From Sandaracinaceae bacterium (GTDB lineage Bacteria; Myxococcota_A; Polyangia; Polyangiales; Sandaracinaceae): a DNA stretch of 46,266 nucleotides. The notes below the pieces were generated by a model that was not told the DNA's origin, made no database searches, and was given only the letters and a program-made list of their open reading frames with translations. Shown here one piece after another: positions 1 to 8,416 of this stretch (position 1 is the stretch's first letter; each line of letters opens with the position of its first letter). The DNA lies in NCBI GenBank assembly GCA_044220955.1, contig JBGAQA010000052.1:1-46266 (forward strand). Direction: 5' to 3'. Position numbers and translations under genes: made by a program.

Positions 1-1
1 C

Positions 2-325
2 GCGTCCCTGGCCGACTTCGCGCGCGACGACGGGCGGCTCGTCGGCACGGACGAAGATCGAGACGAGCAGCACCGCCTGCTGGAGAACGCCTACGCGGTC
101 GTCAGCCCGCTCGCCCGCTCAACGCGGACGCCGCGCGAGCGCATCCTCGTGCTCGGCTCCGAGCGCGATCAGATCACGCCGATCCAGCACGCCGAGAAGC
201 TCTCCAGCCACTTCGGCGCGCGGCTCGTGCGGATGCCCGGCGGCCACCTCGTCCAGGTCGGACGCAGCGACGGCTTCCGGGAGCTGCTCCGCATGCTCGG
301 GGGCGCCGGCATCCTCCGACGGTGA
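2..325 (+). CDS. alpha/beta hydrolase fold protein, C-terminal part (5' truncated by window edge)
   Basis: Open frame from position 2 to TGA 323-325: ...VVSPLAR...ILVLGSERDQITPIQHAEKLSSHFGARLVRMPGGHL..., with Asp (RDQITP) and His (GGH) in the positions expected for a hydrolase catalytic triad; high GC3. Confidence 0.7.
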   Translation, partial: ASLADFARDDGRLVGTDEDRDEQHRLLENAYAVVSPLARSTRTPRERILVLGSERDQITPIQHAEKLSSHFGARLVRMPGGHLVQVGRSDGFRELLRMLGGAGILRR

Positions 326-365
326 CCGCGATCGTGCCGGCTCGCCGCTCCGGCCCCTCCCGTCC

Positions 366-380
366 GCGGGCTGCGCCCGC
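366..380. repeat. short REP-like hairpin GCGGGC-TGC-GCCCGC between convergent genes
   Basis: Perfect 6-bp stem; the identical 15-mer recurs at 37821-37835, also near a convergent gene junction. Confidence 0.4.
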
Positions 381-419
381 TCCCGTCCGGGACCTCCGTG
401 GCCAGCTCTTCCGTCGCGA

Positions 420-3400
420 TCACATGCAGGAGTAGCCGGTCGTCGCGCTGCCCATGCAGGTCGTCGCGCCGGCGCACATCGCGCCGCAGCAGTCCGCGTC
501 GTCGCCCGCGGTCATCGTCTCGCAGCCGTTGCTGATCGTGCCGTCGCAGTTCGCGAACATGCCCGAGCACGAGGCGACCGTGCAGGCGCCGCCCGAGCAG
601 CCCGCGCTCCCGTGCATGAAGCCCGTGGTGCAGTCGGTCGCGCAGGTCGGACCGCACGCGGTCGGCGACTGCGTGCCCTCGCACCCGTTGGTGGCCATGC
701 CGTCGGCGTTGCACGCGTTGCCGGTGCAGCCGCCCGAGAAGCCGCAGGTGCCGCTGCCGCCGCACGTGACGGTCGCGACGTTCAGGACGGTCGTCGTGCA
801 GTTCGTGCACGACGCGCCGCAGTGCATGATGTCTTGCGGCGTCTCGCAGCCGGGCGCCGCCGTACAGTCTCGGAAGCCTGCGTTGCACGAGACGAGGGTG
901 CAGGTGCCGCCGCCGCAGGACGTGGTGGCGTTCGGCAGCATGGTGTTGCAGTTCACGCAGGTGGCGCCGCAGTGCGTCGCGTCCTGCGCCGTCTCGCAGC
1001 CCGCCGCCGCAGTGCAGTCCACGAACCCGCCCGCGCAGCCGCTGTACGTGCACGACCCGCTCGTGCAGCCGAGGCCGGTCACGTTCGGGATGGTCGTGCA
1101 GTTCGTGCAGCCGGAGCCGCAGTGGCTGGTGTCCTCCGTCTGCTCGCACCCCGCCGCGGCGGTGCAGTCGAGGAAGCCCGCACGACAGCTCGTGACCGTG
1201 CAGGTGCCCCCGCCCGAGCAGGTCGTGGCCGCGACGTTCGGCAGCGACATGCAGTTCGTGCACGCCGCACCGCAGTGGGTCGCGTCCTGCGCCTGCTCGC
1301 AGCCGAGGGTGATCATGCCGTCGCAGTCGATGTACCCCGACGCGCACCCCGAGAACGTGCATGCGCCCCCGCCCGAGCAGGCGATCCCGGTCCCGTGGGA
1401 GACCGCCGTCGTGCAGTTGGTGCAGCCCGCGCCGCAGCGCATGGTGTTCCAGGTCTCGCAGCCGTTCGCCGCGTTGCCGTCGCAGTTGGTCGCGCCCGCG
1501 TTGCACGAGGCGAAGCCACAGGTGCCGCCGCCCGTGCACATCGGCCCGCTCGCGTTGAGCACCGTCGACGAGCAGTTCGTGCACGCGGCGCCGCAGTGCG
1601 TGGTCGCGAAGGGCTCGCAGCCGTTCGCGCGAGTCGAGTCGCAGTCCGAGGTCCCCGCCGCGCAGCTGCCCGAGTAGTCGCAGGCGCCGCCCGCGCTGCA
1701 CGTGGGCGTCGCGTTGCGGACGTTCACGTTGCAGTCGGTCGTGCACGCACCGCAGGTGCCCGTCGCGCGCAGGCTCGTCTCGCAGCCGTTCATCACGTTC
1801 GAGTCGCAGCTCTCGAACGTCCCGGTGCACGTCCCGTAGCCGCACGACGCGGTGCTGCCCGCGACGTTGCAGACCGCGTTCGCGTTCATCGGGTTGCAGA
1901 CGTTGCCGCAGGCGCCGCAGTTGCCCGTGGTCGACAGGCTCGTCTCGCAGCCGTTCCCGGCGCCGCCGTTGCAGTCGCCGTAGAGGGTCTGACACGTGCC
2001 GATCGTGCACGCGCCGCCCGAGCAGGTGCCGGTCGCGACGTGCTCGTCGAGGCAGGACTGGGCGCAGGTGCCGCAGAAGTTCGCGTCGGTGAGCAGGTCG
2101 GTCTCGCAGCCGTTGCCGCCCGGCTGACCGATGTCGGCCGGGCTGCAGTCGCCGTGCGTCGTCGGGTCGTCGCAGCCGCAGGTGCCGGCGTTGCACGCGG
2201 TCCGGGGACCACAGACGCGGTCGCAGCGTCCGCAGTGCAGCGTGTCGGTCGCCAGGTTCACGCACTGGCCGCCGCAGCACGTCTGACCGACGCCGCAGGC
2301 GGCGCCGGTGCCGCCGCAGACGCAGCGCCCGCCCGCACACGAGTCGGCCGTCGTGGGGTCGCAGACGTTGCCGCATCCGCCGCAGTTCTGCGTCGCGGTG
2401 TCGGTGTCGAAGCAGCCCGGGAACGTGACGGGATTGCCCATGCCATCCGTCGTGCCGCAGCAGGTGCTCCCGACGGCGCACGCCGCCCCGCCCGGGTTGG
2501 TCGTGCACGAGCACGCGTCGGCGACGCACTGGTCGGCCACGAGCGTCGTGCCGGGGTTGCACTCCCGCCGGCAGCCGCCGCAGTGATGGATGTTGGTGTC
2601 GAAGTGGACCGGGCAGCGGCTACCGCCCGGGCAGCTGGGATCGGTCACGCAGCCGGTCTGGTTCGCGGGATCGAGGACCTCGTCGGCGTCGCCGTCGCAG
2701 TCGTCGTCGAGGCCGTTGCACATCTCGGTGGCCCACGCGTTGACCATCGCGTCCGAGTCGCTGCAGTCGGTCCCGCCGACGCTCGCGGCCGCGAAGCCGT
2801 CCATGTCGACGTCGACGCTCGCGGGACAGGACATCGTGCCGCAGCTCTCCGACGCAGTCGTCGTGCAGTTCTCGGGCGCATCGACGTGGACGTGCACGTC
2901 GGCGTCGTTGCAGTCGCCGCCCGCGGCGAAGCCGTCGTGATCGGCGTCGCCGGCCGGACAGGGCATGTCACCGCCGACACCGTCCTCGTCGATCGTGTCA
3001 CCGCAGACGTCCGTCGCGCCGGGGTGGATGCCCGAGTCGCAGTCGTTGCAGTCGCAGCTGCCGCAGTCGGTCACCCCGGCCGCGCACGCATCCGAGCCGT
3101 CGCCGTCGAGGTCGGGGCTCTGGCACGAGGCGTCCTCGTCCGTGAGGCCGTTGCAGTTGTTGTCGATCCCGTCGCACGTGCACGTGCTGCCGCTCGTCAC
3201 GCAGCGCTCGAGCGAGAGCCCCCCGGGGTGCACCGCCGGGTTCATGTCGTCGCAGTCGACGTTCGAGGGGTACGTGTCGCCATCGGCGTCGCAGAACGCG
3301 CCCATGCCGCCCGGCTCGCCCGAGCAGTCCTCGTCGATGCCGTTACCGCAGACGTCGGTCGCCGCCGGATAGATCGCGGGGTCGTTGTCGTTGCAGTCGC

Positions 3401-4133
3401 AGACGCCGCCCGCCGGGCCGCAGGCGTTCACGCCGTCGCCGTCCATGTCGCCGCACGCCTCGTCGCGGCTGCCGCCGGGCAAGCCGTTGGAGCGACAGTC
3501 CTGATCGATCCCGTCGCCACAGACCGCCGGTGCGCCCGGGTAGATGCAGGGGCCCATCGTCTGGTTCGCGGGCAGCGCGCAGTTGACCGGCGGGGCCGCC
3601 GCGGCCGTGTCGTTGCAGTCGCCGGCCTCGGTGGCGGCGCACAGACCGATGTCGCACGCGACGCCCGTGGAGCCAGGGCCCGGATCGCGGCAGGTGGCGT
3701 CGACGTGCGTGGGCGCGCTCCAGCCGTCGCCGTCGGCGTCCTCGGTCGCATCGGTGGGGACGAGCAGGACCTCGTCCCGGAGCACGCCGGACGGCACGTA
3801 GCAGCGCGTCGCGTAGAGCAGCGTGGTGCCCGAGGCGGTGATCGCCGTGATGTGCACCATCACCGGCGTCGGATCGTGAAGGCGCACGGCGATGCGGATC
3901 GGCTGATCGCCGTTGATGTCCTGGATCGTGCGGTGAACGGGGTTCGAGTCCGAGTTCACGGGCGCGGCCGTGGACATCGTCGGGATGACCCGCACGACGA
4001 CGGTCTCGATGACCGTCGGGTTCGTCCCCGAGGCCCTCGCCGTGATCAGGATGGCCTGCTCCGAGCTCGCGCACGACGCCAGCAGGGCCGACAAGACGAC
4101 AAGACGAGCCCCGACGACCACACGCTTCGCCAC
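420..4133 (-). CDS. large Cys-rich surface lipoprotein with MopE-like metal-binding repeats and Stig1-like/CxxGxxDCxGxxxNGCE repeats
   Basis: 1237 aa; lipobox LLASC; repeated DCNDxDxxI(H/Y)PGAxxxCGxGIDEDC motifs, then CGGCGNVC and many NCDGxxxNGCE units; GTG start preceded by TAGCAT. Confidence 0.85.
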   Translation of the reverse strand: MAKRVVVGARLVVLSALLASCASSEQAILITARASGTNPTVIETVVVRVIPTMSTAAPVNSDSNPVHRTIQDINGDQPIRIAVRLHDPTPVMVHITAITASGTTLLYATRCYVPSGVLRDEVLLVPTDATEDADGDGWSAPTHVDATCRDPGPGSTGVACDIGLCAATEAGDCNDTAAAAPPVNCALPANQTMGPCIYPGAPAVCGDGIDQDCRSNGLPGGSRDEACGDMDGDGVNACGPAGGVCDCNDNDPAIYPAATDVCGNGIDEDCSGEPGGMGAFCDADGDTYPSNVDCDDMNPAVHPGGLSLERCVTSGSTCTCDGIDNNCNGLTDEDASCQSPDLDGDGSDACAAGVTDCGSCDCNDCDSGIHPGATDVCGDTIDEDGVGGDMPCPAGDADHDGFAAGGDCNDADVHVHVDAPENCTTTASESCGTMSCPASVDVDMDGFAAASVGGTDCSDSDAMVNAWATEMCNGLDDDCDGDADEVLDPANQTGCVTDPSCPGGSRCPVHFDTNIHHCGGCRRECNPGTTLVADQCVADACSCTTNPGGAACAVGSTCCGTTDGMGNPVTFPGCFDTDTATQNCGGCGNVCDPTTADSCAGGRCVCGGTGAACGVGQTCCGGQCVNLATDTLHCGRCDRVCGPRTACNAGTCGCDDPTTHGDCSPADIGQPGGNGCETDLLTDANFCGTCAQSCLDEHVATGTCSGGACTIGTCQTLYGDCNGGAGNGCETSLSTTGNCGACGNVCNPMNANAVCNVAGSTASCGYGTCTGTFESCDSNVMNGCETSLRATGTCGACTTDCNVNVRNATPTCSAGGACDYSGSCAAGTSDCDSTRANGCEPFATTHCGAACTNCSSTVLNASGPMCTGGGTCGFASCNAGATNCDGNAANGCETWNTMRCGAGCTNCTTAVSHGTGIACSGGGACTFSGCASGYIDCDGMITLGCEQAQDATHCGAACTNCMSLPNVAATTCSGGGTCTVTSCRAGFLDCTAAAGCEQTEDTSHCGSGCTNCTTIPNVTGLGCTSGSCTYSGCAGGFVDCTAAAGCETAQDATHCGATCVNCNTMLPNATTSCGGGTCTLVSCNAGFRDCTAAPGCETPQDIMHCGASCTNCTTTVLNVATVTCGGSGTCGFSGGCTGNACNADGMATNGCEGTQSPTACGPTCATDCTTGFMHGSAGCSGGACTVASCSGMFANCDGTISNGCETMTAGDDADCCGAMCAGATTCMGSATTGYSCM

Positions 4134-4227
4134 GGCTCGATGCTACCGCAAGCGGGGCCCGGGCGGGAGCGCGCTGTGGGAGCACGGCGGGCTGATCGCG
4201 CCATGGCGTGCCAGAGTCGGCGACGCG

Positions 4228-4416
4228 ATGACGTTCGGCTACGTCGGGTACATCTGGGCGCTCTTCGGGTGCTGCTCGCTCGGCGTCGTGTTCGGCGGGA
4301 GCGCCGCGTTCCTCTACGCCTACGGCAAGCGGCGCGACCGGGAGCGCGGCGCGCCCACGGTGACGGTCGATCGCGTCGACACGGAGCGCGAGGGACCCGG
4401 CGGGAGCGCCGAGTGA
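4228..4416 (+). CDS. small single-pass membrane protein (62 aa)
   Basis: MTFGYVGYIWALFGCCSLGVVFGGSAAFLYAYGKRR...: hydrophobic stretch followed by basic residues; high GC3; stop overlaps the mutS2 start (GTGA). Confidence 0.6.
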   Translation: MTFGYVGYIWALFGCCSLGVVFGGSAAFLYAYGKRRDRERGAPTVTVDRVDTEREGPGGSAE

Positions 4417-6803
4417 CGGGGCGCGCCCACGAGGAGTCGGCGTTCGAGCGGACGCTGCGCGACCTCTCGTTCCGCACGATCGTGGAGGCCGTGGCCGAGC
4501 GCTGCGTCGGTCCGCTCGGGATCACGCTCGCCGCCACCGGGCTGCCCTTCGCGCGGACGCCGGACGAGGCGCGAGCGCTCATGGAGGAGACGGCGGAGGC
4601 GATGGCCGCGCGCCGGGAGGGCGACGCGACGCCGCTCGAGGGCCTGCGCGACGCGCGGCCGAGCCTGCTCCGGGTCACCAAGGGCGGCGTGCTCTCGGGC
4701 CCGGCGCTCGCCGACGTGCTCTCGGTGCTCGGGGCGGCGCGTGCCCTCCGGCGCTTCCTCGCCAAGCGCAAGAACACCATGCCGCGCCTGTTCGCGGCGT
4801 GCGCGCTCGATCCGGGGCTGGACGTCTTGCACGACGAGATCGGCGCCGCCGTCGATCCCTCCGGGACGCTGCACGACGGCGCGAGCCCCGCGCTGAAGAA
4901 GCTCCGCTCCGAGATCGCCACGCTGCGCGCGCGCATCACCTCACGCCTCGAGGAGATGCTGGTCGCGCACTCCGACGTCGTGTCGGACCGCTTCGTGACG
5001 GAGCGAGACGGCCGCTACGTGCTGCCGATGCGGAGCGACGCGCACGACAAGATCCCGGGGATCGTCCACGGCACCAGCCAGAGCGGCGCGACGGTGTTCG
5101 TCGAGCCGCGGGCGCTGGTCGAGTCGCAGAACCGTCTGACGCTCGCGCGCAGCGAGATGGAGATCGAGGAGCTGCGGATCCTGACGTCGCTCTCCGAGCT
5201 CGTGCTGGAGCGTGCCGCGGAGCTCGGAGCCGCTCTCGACGCGCTCGATCGCGCGGATCTGCGCGACGCGTGCGGGCGGCTCGCGCTCGATCTGCGCGCG
5301 GTGGTGCCCGAGCTGCTCGAGGGCGCGAGCATCGACGCCAAGGGCGCCCGGCACCCGCTGCTCGTGCTCGAGGGCCGGGCCGTCGTGGCGAACGATCTCG
5401 CGCTCTCGGCGGGCCACGGGCTCGTGCTCTCCGGGCCCAACGCGGGCGGCAAGACGATCGCGCTGAAGCTGCTGGGGCTCTTCGCGCTGATGGCGCGCTC
5501 GGGCCTGCCCGTGCCGGCGTCCGAGGGAGCGCGCGTCGGGTTCTTCGAGCCCATCCTCTCCGACGTCGGAGACGAGCAGTCGATCGAGAAGAGCCTCTCG
5601 ACGTTCTCGGCCCACGTGCGGAGCCTGGCGCGGATCCTCGAGCGCACGGGCCCGCGCGCCCTCGTCCTGCTCGACGAGGTCGCGACCGGGACCGACCCCG
5701 GAGAGGGCGCGGCGCTCGCCTCGGCGGTCGTCACGACGGCGCTCGACCGGGGCGCGGCCATCGCGGTCACGACGCACTACGAGGCGCTCAAGGCGCTCGC
5801 GCTGACCGACGCGCGCCTGACCAACGGCTCCGTCGGCTTCGACGTGGAGAAGATGGCGCCCACGTTCGAGCTACGGCTGGGCGCTCCCGGCGCGTCGAGC
5901 GCGCTCCAGGTCGCGCGCCGCTTCGGGCTCGACGCGGATGTCATCGCGCGCGCCGAGGCGCTGGTCCCGGAGCACGCGCGCGCCTTCGACCGGCTCGTGC
6001 ATCGACTCGAGGCGGATCTCGACGCTGCGCGGCGCGAGCGCGAGGCCGCCGTCGCCATGCGCGCCGAGGCCGAGCGGGCCAGGGCGGCCGCCGACGCCGA
6101 GCTGAGGGCGCTGCGCGAGCGCGAGCGCACCAAGCTCGGACGCGAGGCCGAGAAGCTCGTGACGCTCCTGAAGGAGACGCGCGAAGAGGTGCGCGCCGCG
6201 CGGGCCGCCATGCGAGGCAGCGCCGGCGACGCGGCGCTCGTCGAGGCCGCGCGGCACGCGATCGAGCGCGCGCAGAAGCGGCTCGACGCCGAGGTGGGCG
6301 ACGCGCTCAAGGCCGAGCCCGCCGAGGAGCGAGGCGTCCGCGTGGACGACAAGACGCTCGCGATCGGCGATCGAGTGTGGGTCCCGAGGCTGCGCGCGGA
6401 GGTCGACGTGATCGAGCTGCCGGCCAGGGGCCGGGTGCGCGTGCAGAGCGGCGCGGTGAAGCTCACGATCGACGTGGCCGACCTCCGCAAGCCCGAGGCC
6501 CCGAAGGAGGTGCGCGCGCCCGACCCTGCGCGCCTGCCCGACACGAGCGTGCGCGCCGCCGAGACGCTCGACCTGCGCGGCCTGCGCGTCGACGAGGCGC
6601 TCGCGCTCACCGAGACCTTCCTCGATCGCGCCTACGGCGAGGAGCGCAAGTACGCCACGCTGCTCCACGGCGTGGGCAGCGGCGCGCTCCGCGATGCCCT
6701 GCGGGCGCACCTGAAGTCCGGCCTCACGCGCTGGGTCCGCAGCTTCCGGCCCGGGACGATCGAAGAGGGCGGCGACCGCGTCACCATCGTGCTGCTCGGA
6801 TGA
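4413..6803 (+). CDS. mutS2: endonuclease MutS2 (MutS ATPase, coiled coil, KOW, Smr)
   Basis: Walker A SGPNAGGKT, DVGDEQSIEKSLSTFSAH, Walker B LLDEVATGTDP, TTHY; C-terminal Smr domain LDLRGLRVDEA...LLHGVGSGALR. The real gene is the last ~796 aa of the 612..6803 ORF. Confidence 0.95.
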   Translation: MTGRAHEESAFERTLRDLSFRTIVEAVAERCVGPLGITLAATGLPFARTPDEARALMEETAEAMAARREGDATPLEGLRDARPSLLRVTKGGVLSGPALADVLSVLGAARALRRFLAKRKNTMPRLFAACALDPGLDVLHDEIGAAVDPSGTLHDGASPALKKLRSEIATLRARITSRLEEMLVAHSDVVSDRFVTERDGRYVLPMRSDAHDKIPGIVHGTSQSGATVFVEPRALVESQNRLTLARSEMEIEELRILTSLSELVLERAAELGAALDALDRADLRDACGRLALDLRAVVPELLEGASIDAKGARHPLLVLEGRAVVANDLALSAGHGLVLSGPNAGGKTIALKLLGLFALMARSGLPVPASEGARVGFFEPILSDVGDEQSIEKSLSTFSAHVRSLARILERTGPRALVLLDEVATGTDPGEGAALASAVVTTALDRGAAIAVTTHYEALKALALTDARLTNGSVGFDVEKMAPTFELRLGAPGASSALQVARRFGLDADVIARAEALVPEHARAFDRLVHRLEADLDAARREREAAVAMRAEAERARAAADAELRALRERERTKLGREAEKLVTLLKETREEVRAARAAMRGSAGDAALVEAARHAIERAQKRLDAEVGDALKAEPAEERGVRVDDKTLAIGDRVWVPRLRAEVDVIELPARGRVRVQSGAVKLTIDVADLRKPEAPKEVRAPDPARLPDTSVRAAETLDLRGLRVDEALALTETFLDRAYGEERKYATLLHGVGSGALRDALRAHLKSGLTRWVRSFRPGTIEEGGDRVTIVLLG

Positions 6804-7192
6804 AGGCAGCGGCTGCGTTCGCGCTCGGAGCGCTGATCGGGCTCGGATGCGGGGGCGCCCGGACACCCCCCGCCGATCCACCGCCCGCGCCGCCCCCCGC
6901 GCCGACGGCGGAGGCGCCTACGCCCGACGCGGCGCCCCTCGAGCGCGCGTGCTTCACCGGCTCGACGGAGAACGGCGTGTGCGAGGTGTTCTCGGCCGCG
7001 CTCGAGCCGCTCCCTGCGCTCTCGGCGCATTGCCGCGAGGCAGGCGGGCAGTGGCTCGAGACCTGCCCCGCCGCCGGGCGCGTCGGCACCTGCTCCGGTG
7101 ACGGGCGGCGCGCGACCTACTACGGCGGGGCGCTCGGCCCCGACGCCGTCCGCGCGGCCTGCGAGCGCGAGGGGCACGTCTTCGTCCCGTGA
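6800..7192 (+). CDS. small Cys-containing lipoprotein with Pro-rich linker
   Basis: ATGA overlap with mutS2 stop; MKAAAAFALGALIGLGC lipobox; Pro-rich linker; six-Cys C-terminal domain. Confidence 0.75.
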   Translation: MKAAAAFALGALIGLGCGGARTPPADPPPAPPPAPTAEAPTPDAAPLERACFTGSTENGVCEVFSAALEPLPALSAHCREAGGQWLETCPAAGRVGTCSGDGRRATYYGGALGPDAVRAACEREGHVFVP

Positions 7193-7233
7193 CGCTTGCC
7201 GGGGCTGCCGGGCCGAACCAGAACGGCCCGCGC

Positions 7234-8217
7234 ATGACGGACATCGCGGGCAAGGTCCTCCTCACGGGCGCGAGCGGGTTCATCGGCGGGCGGCTTCGCG
7301 ACGCGCTGCTCGCGCGCGGCTGCGACGTGATCGCCATCCGGCGCAAGGGTTCCCCTGCTGCGAAGCAGGGACGCTCCGTCGAAGCCGAGTACGAGGACCG
7401 CGAGGCGCTCGCGCGCATCGTGGAGGGCGAGAAGCCCGACTACCTCTTCCACGTCGCCGGCGCGACGAAGGGCGTGACCTACGGCGACTTCCACCGGGCG
7501 AACGTCGTCCCGACCGAGAACCTCGTGGCGGCGGTGGAGAAGTCCTGTCCGACGCTGAGGCGCTTCGTGCTGATCAGCTCGCTCGCGGCGTTCGGCCCGT
7601 CCAGCCGGGAGCGCCCGCTGCGCGAGGGCGACATCCGCCGCCCGATCGAGTTCTACGGCCAGAGCAAGCTCGAGGCCGAGCACGTGGTCGAGCGCAGCAA
7701 GGTGCGCTTCACCATCGTGCGGCCGAGCGGCGTGTACGGCCCCGGAGACGCCGACTACTTCAACCTCTTCCGCGAGGTCGAGGCCCGGCGGAACGTCTTC
7801 TTCGGCAACCACGATCGGCTCTTCTCGGCGATCTACATCGATGATCTCGTCGACGCGGTCCTGCGCGCGACGGCGAGCGACCAGACGCTGGGCAGGGGCT
7901 ACTTCGTCGACGACGGCCGCGTCGTCACGTGGGGCGAATTCCAGAGCGCCATCGTGGCGGCGAGCGGCCGGCGCGCGCTCACGATCAAGCTCCCCGAGGC
8001 GCTGGTCTCGATCGCGGCCGTCGGCGGCGAGCTCGCGAGCCGCATCGACGGCAAGCCGCGCCTCTTCAACCGCCAGAAGGCCAAGATGGGTGCGCAACAG
8101 GCGTGGACGTGCGCGAGCGACGCCCTGCGCGCCGACACCGGCTGGGCACCGCGCGTCCCCATGGAGGAGGGCGTGCGCCGCGCCTACGAGTGGTACCGCG
8201 CCGAGAAGTGGCTCTGA
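7234..8217 (+). CDS. NAD-dependent epimerase/dehydratase (extended SDR)
   Basis: TGASGFIG Rossmann motif, FHVAG, ISSLAAFG, YGQSK (YxxxK), VRPSGVYGPGD. Alternative GTG start at 7189. Confidence 0.92.
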   Translation: MTDIAGKVLLTGASGFIGGRLRDALLARGCDVIAIRRKGSPAAKQGRSVEAEYEDREALARIVEGEKPDYLFHVAGATKGVTYGDFHRANVVPTENLVAAVEKSCPTLRRFVLISSLAAFGPSSRERPLREGDIRRPIEFYGQSKLEAEHVVERSKVRFTIVRPSGVYGPGDADYFNLFREVEARRNVFFGNHDRLFSAIYIDDLVDAVLRATASDQTLGRGYFVDDGRVVTWGEFQSAIVAASGRRALTIKLPEALVSIAAVGGELASRIDGKPRLFNRQKAKMGAQQAWTCASDALRADTGWAPRVPMEEGVRRAYEWYRAEKWL

Positions 8218-8228
8218 TCGTCCCAGGT

Positions 8229-8391
8229 GGGGTCACTCCACACCGGACCAAGTAGCTGAAATCACTGATAACTGGCGGCAAGGTGCGCGTTTCGTGGAGC
8301 ACCCCCGGAAAACACGGGGCTCACGAAGATCGCGCACCTAGCCGCCAGATCGCTGTGATTTCAGGCTCTTGGACCCCAGTGGAGTGACCCC
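8229..8391. repeat. 163-bp imperfect nested palindrome (MITE/REPIN-like element or bidirectional terminator)
   Basis: 13-bp perfect terminal IR GGGGTCACTCCAC/GTGGAGTGACCCC plus inner arms CCAAG/CTTGG, CTGAAATCAC/GTGATTTCAG, CTGGCGGC/GCCGCCAG, AGGTGCGCG/CGCGCACCT, TTCGTG/CACGAA; lies between convergent genes. Confidence 0.85.
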
Positions 8392-8416
8392 GCTCCGACC
8401 CCGTTCCGTGAAGCGC

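Noticed and set aside
900..2120. Regularly spaced DNA repeats (e.g. GTCTCGCAGCCG, GCAGTTCGTGCA) resembling a CRISPR-like array
   Set aside because: They are in-frame codons of the protein repeats (GCET, CTNC), degenerate at third positions; no cas genes or leader.
612..4412. N-terminal ~1270 aa of the 2063-aa ORF 612..6803, suggesting a giant MutS2 fusion
   Set aside because: It is an antisense shadow of the 420..4133 lipoprotein gene (Arg/Ala/Gly-rich, no domains); MutS2 starts at GTG 4413.
8218..8416. Possible tRNA or known riboswitch in the AT-richer intergenic region
   Set aside because: No cloverleaf or T-arm consensus; the region is explained by one long palindrome and lies at the 3' ends of both flanking genes.
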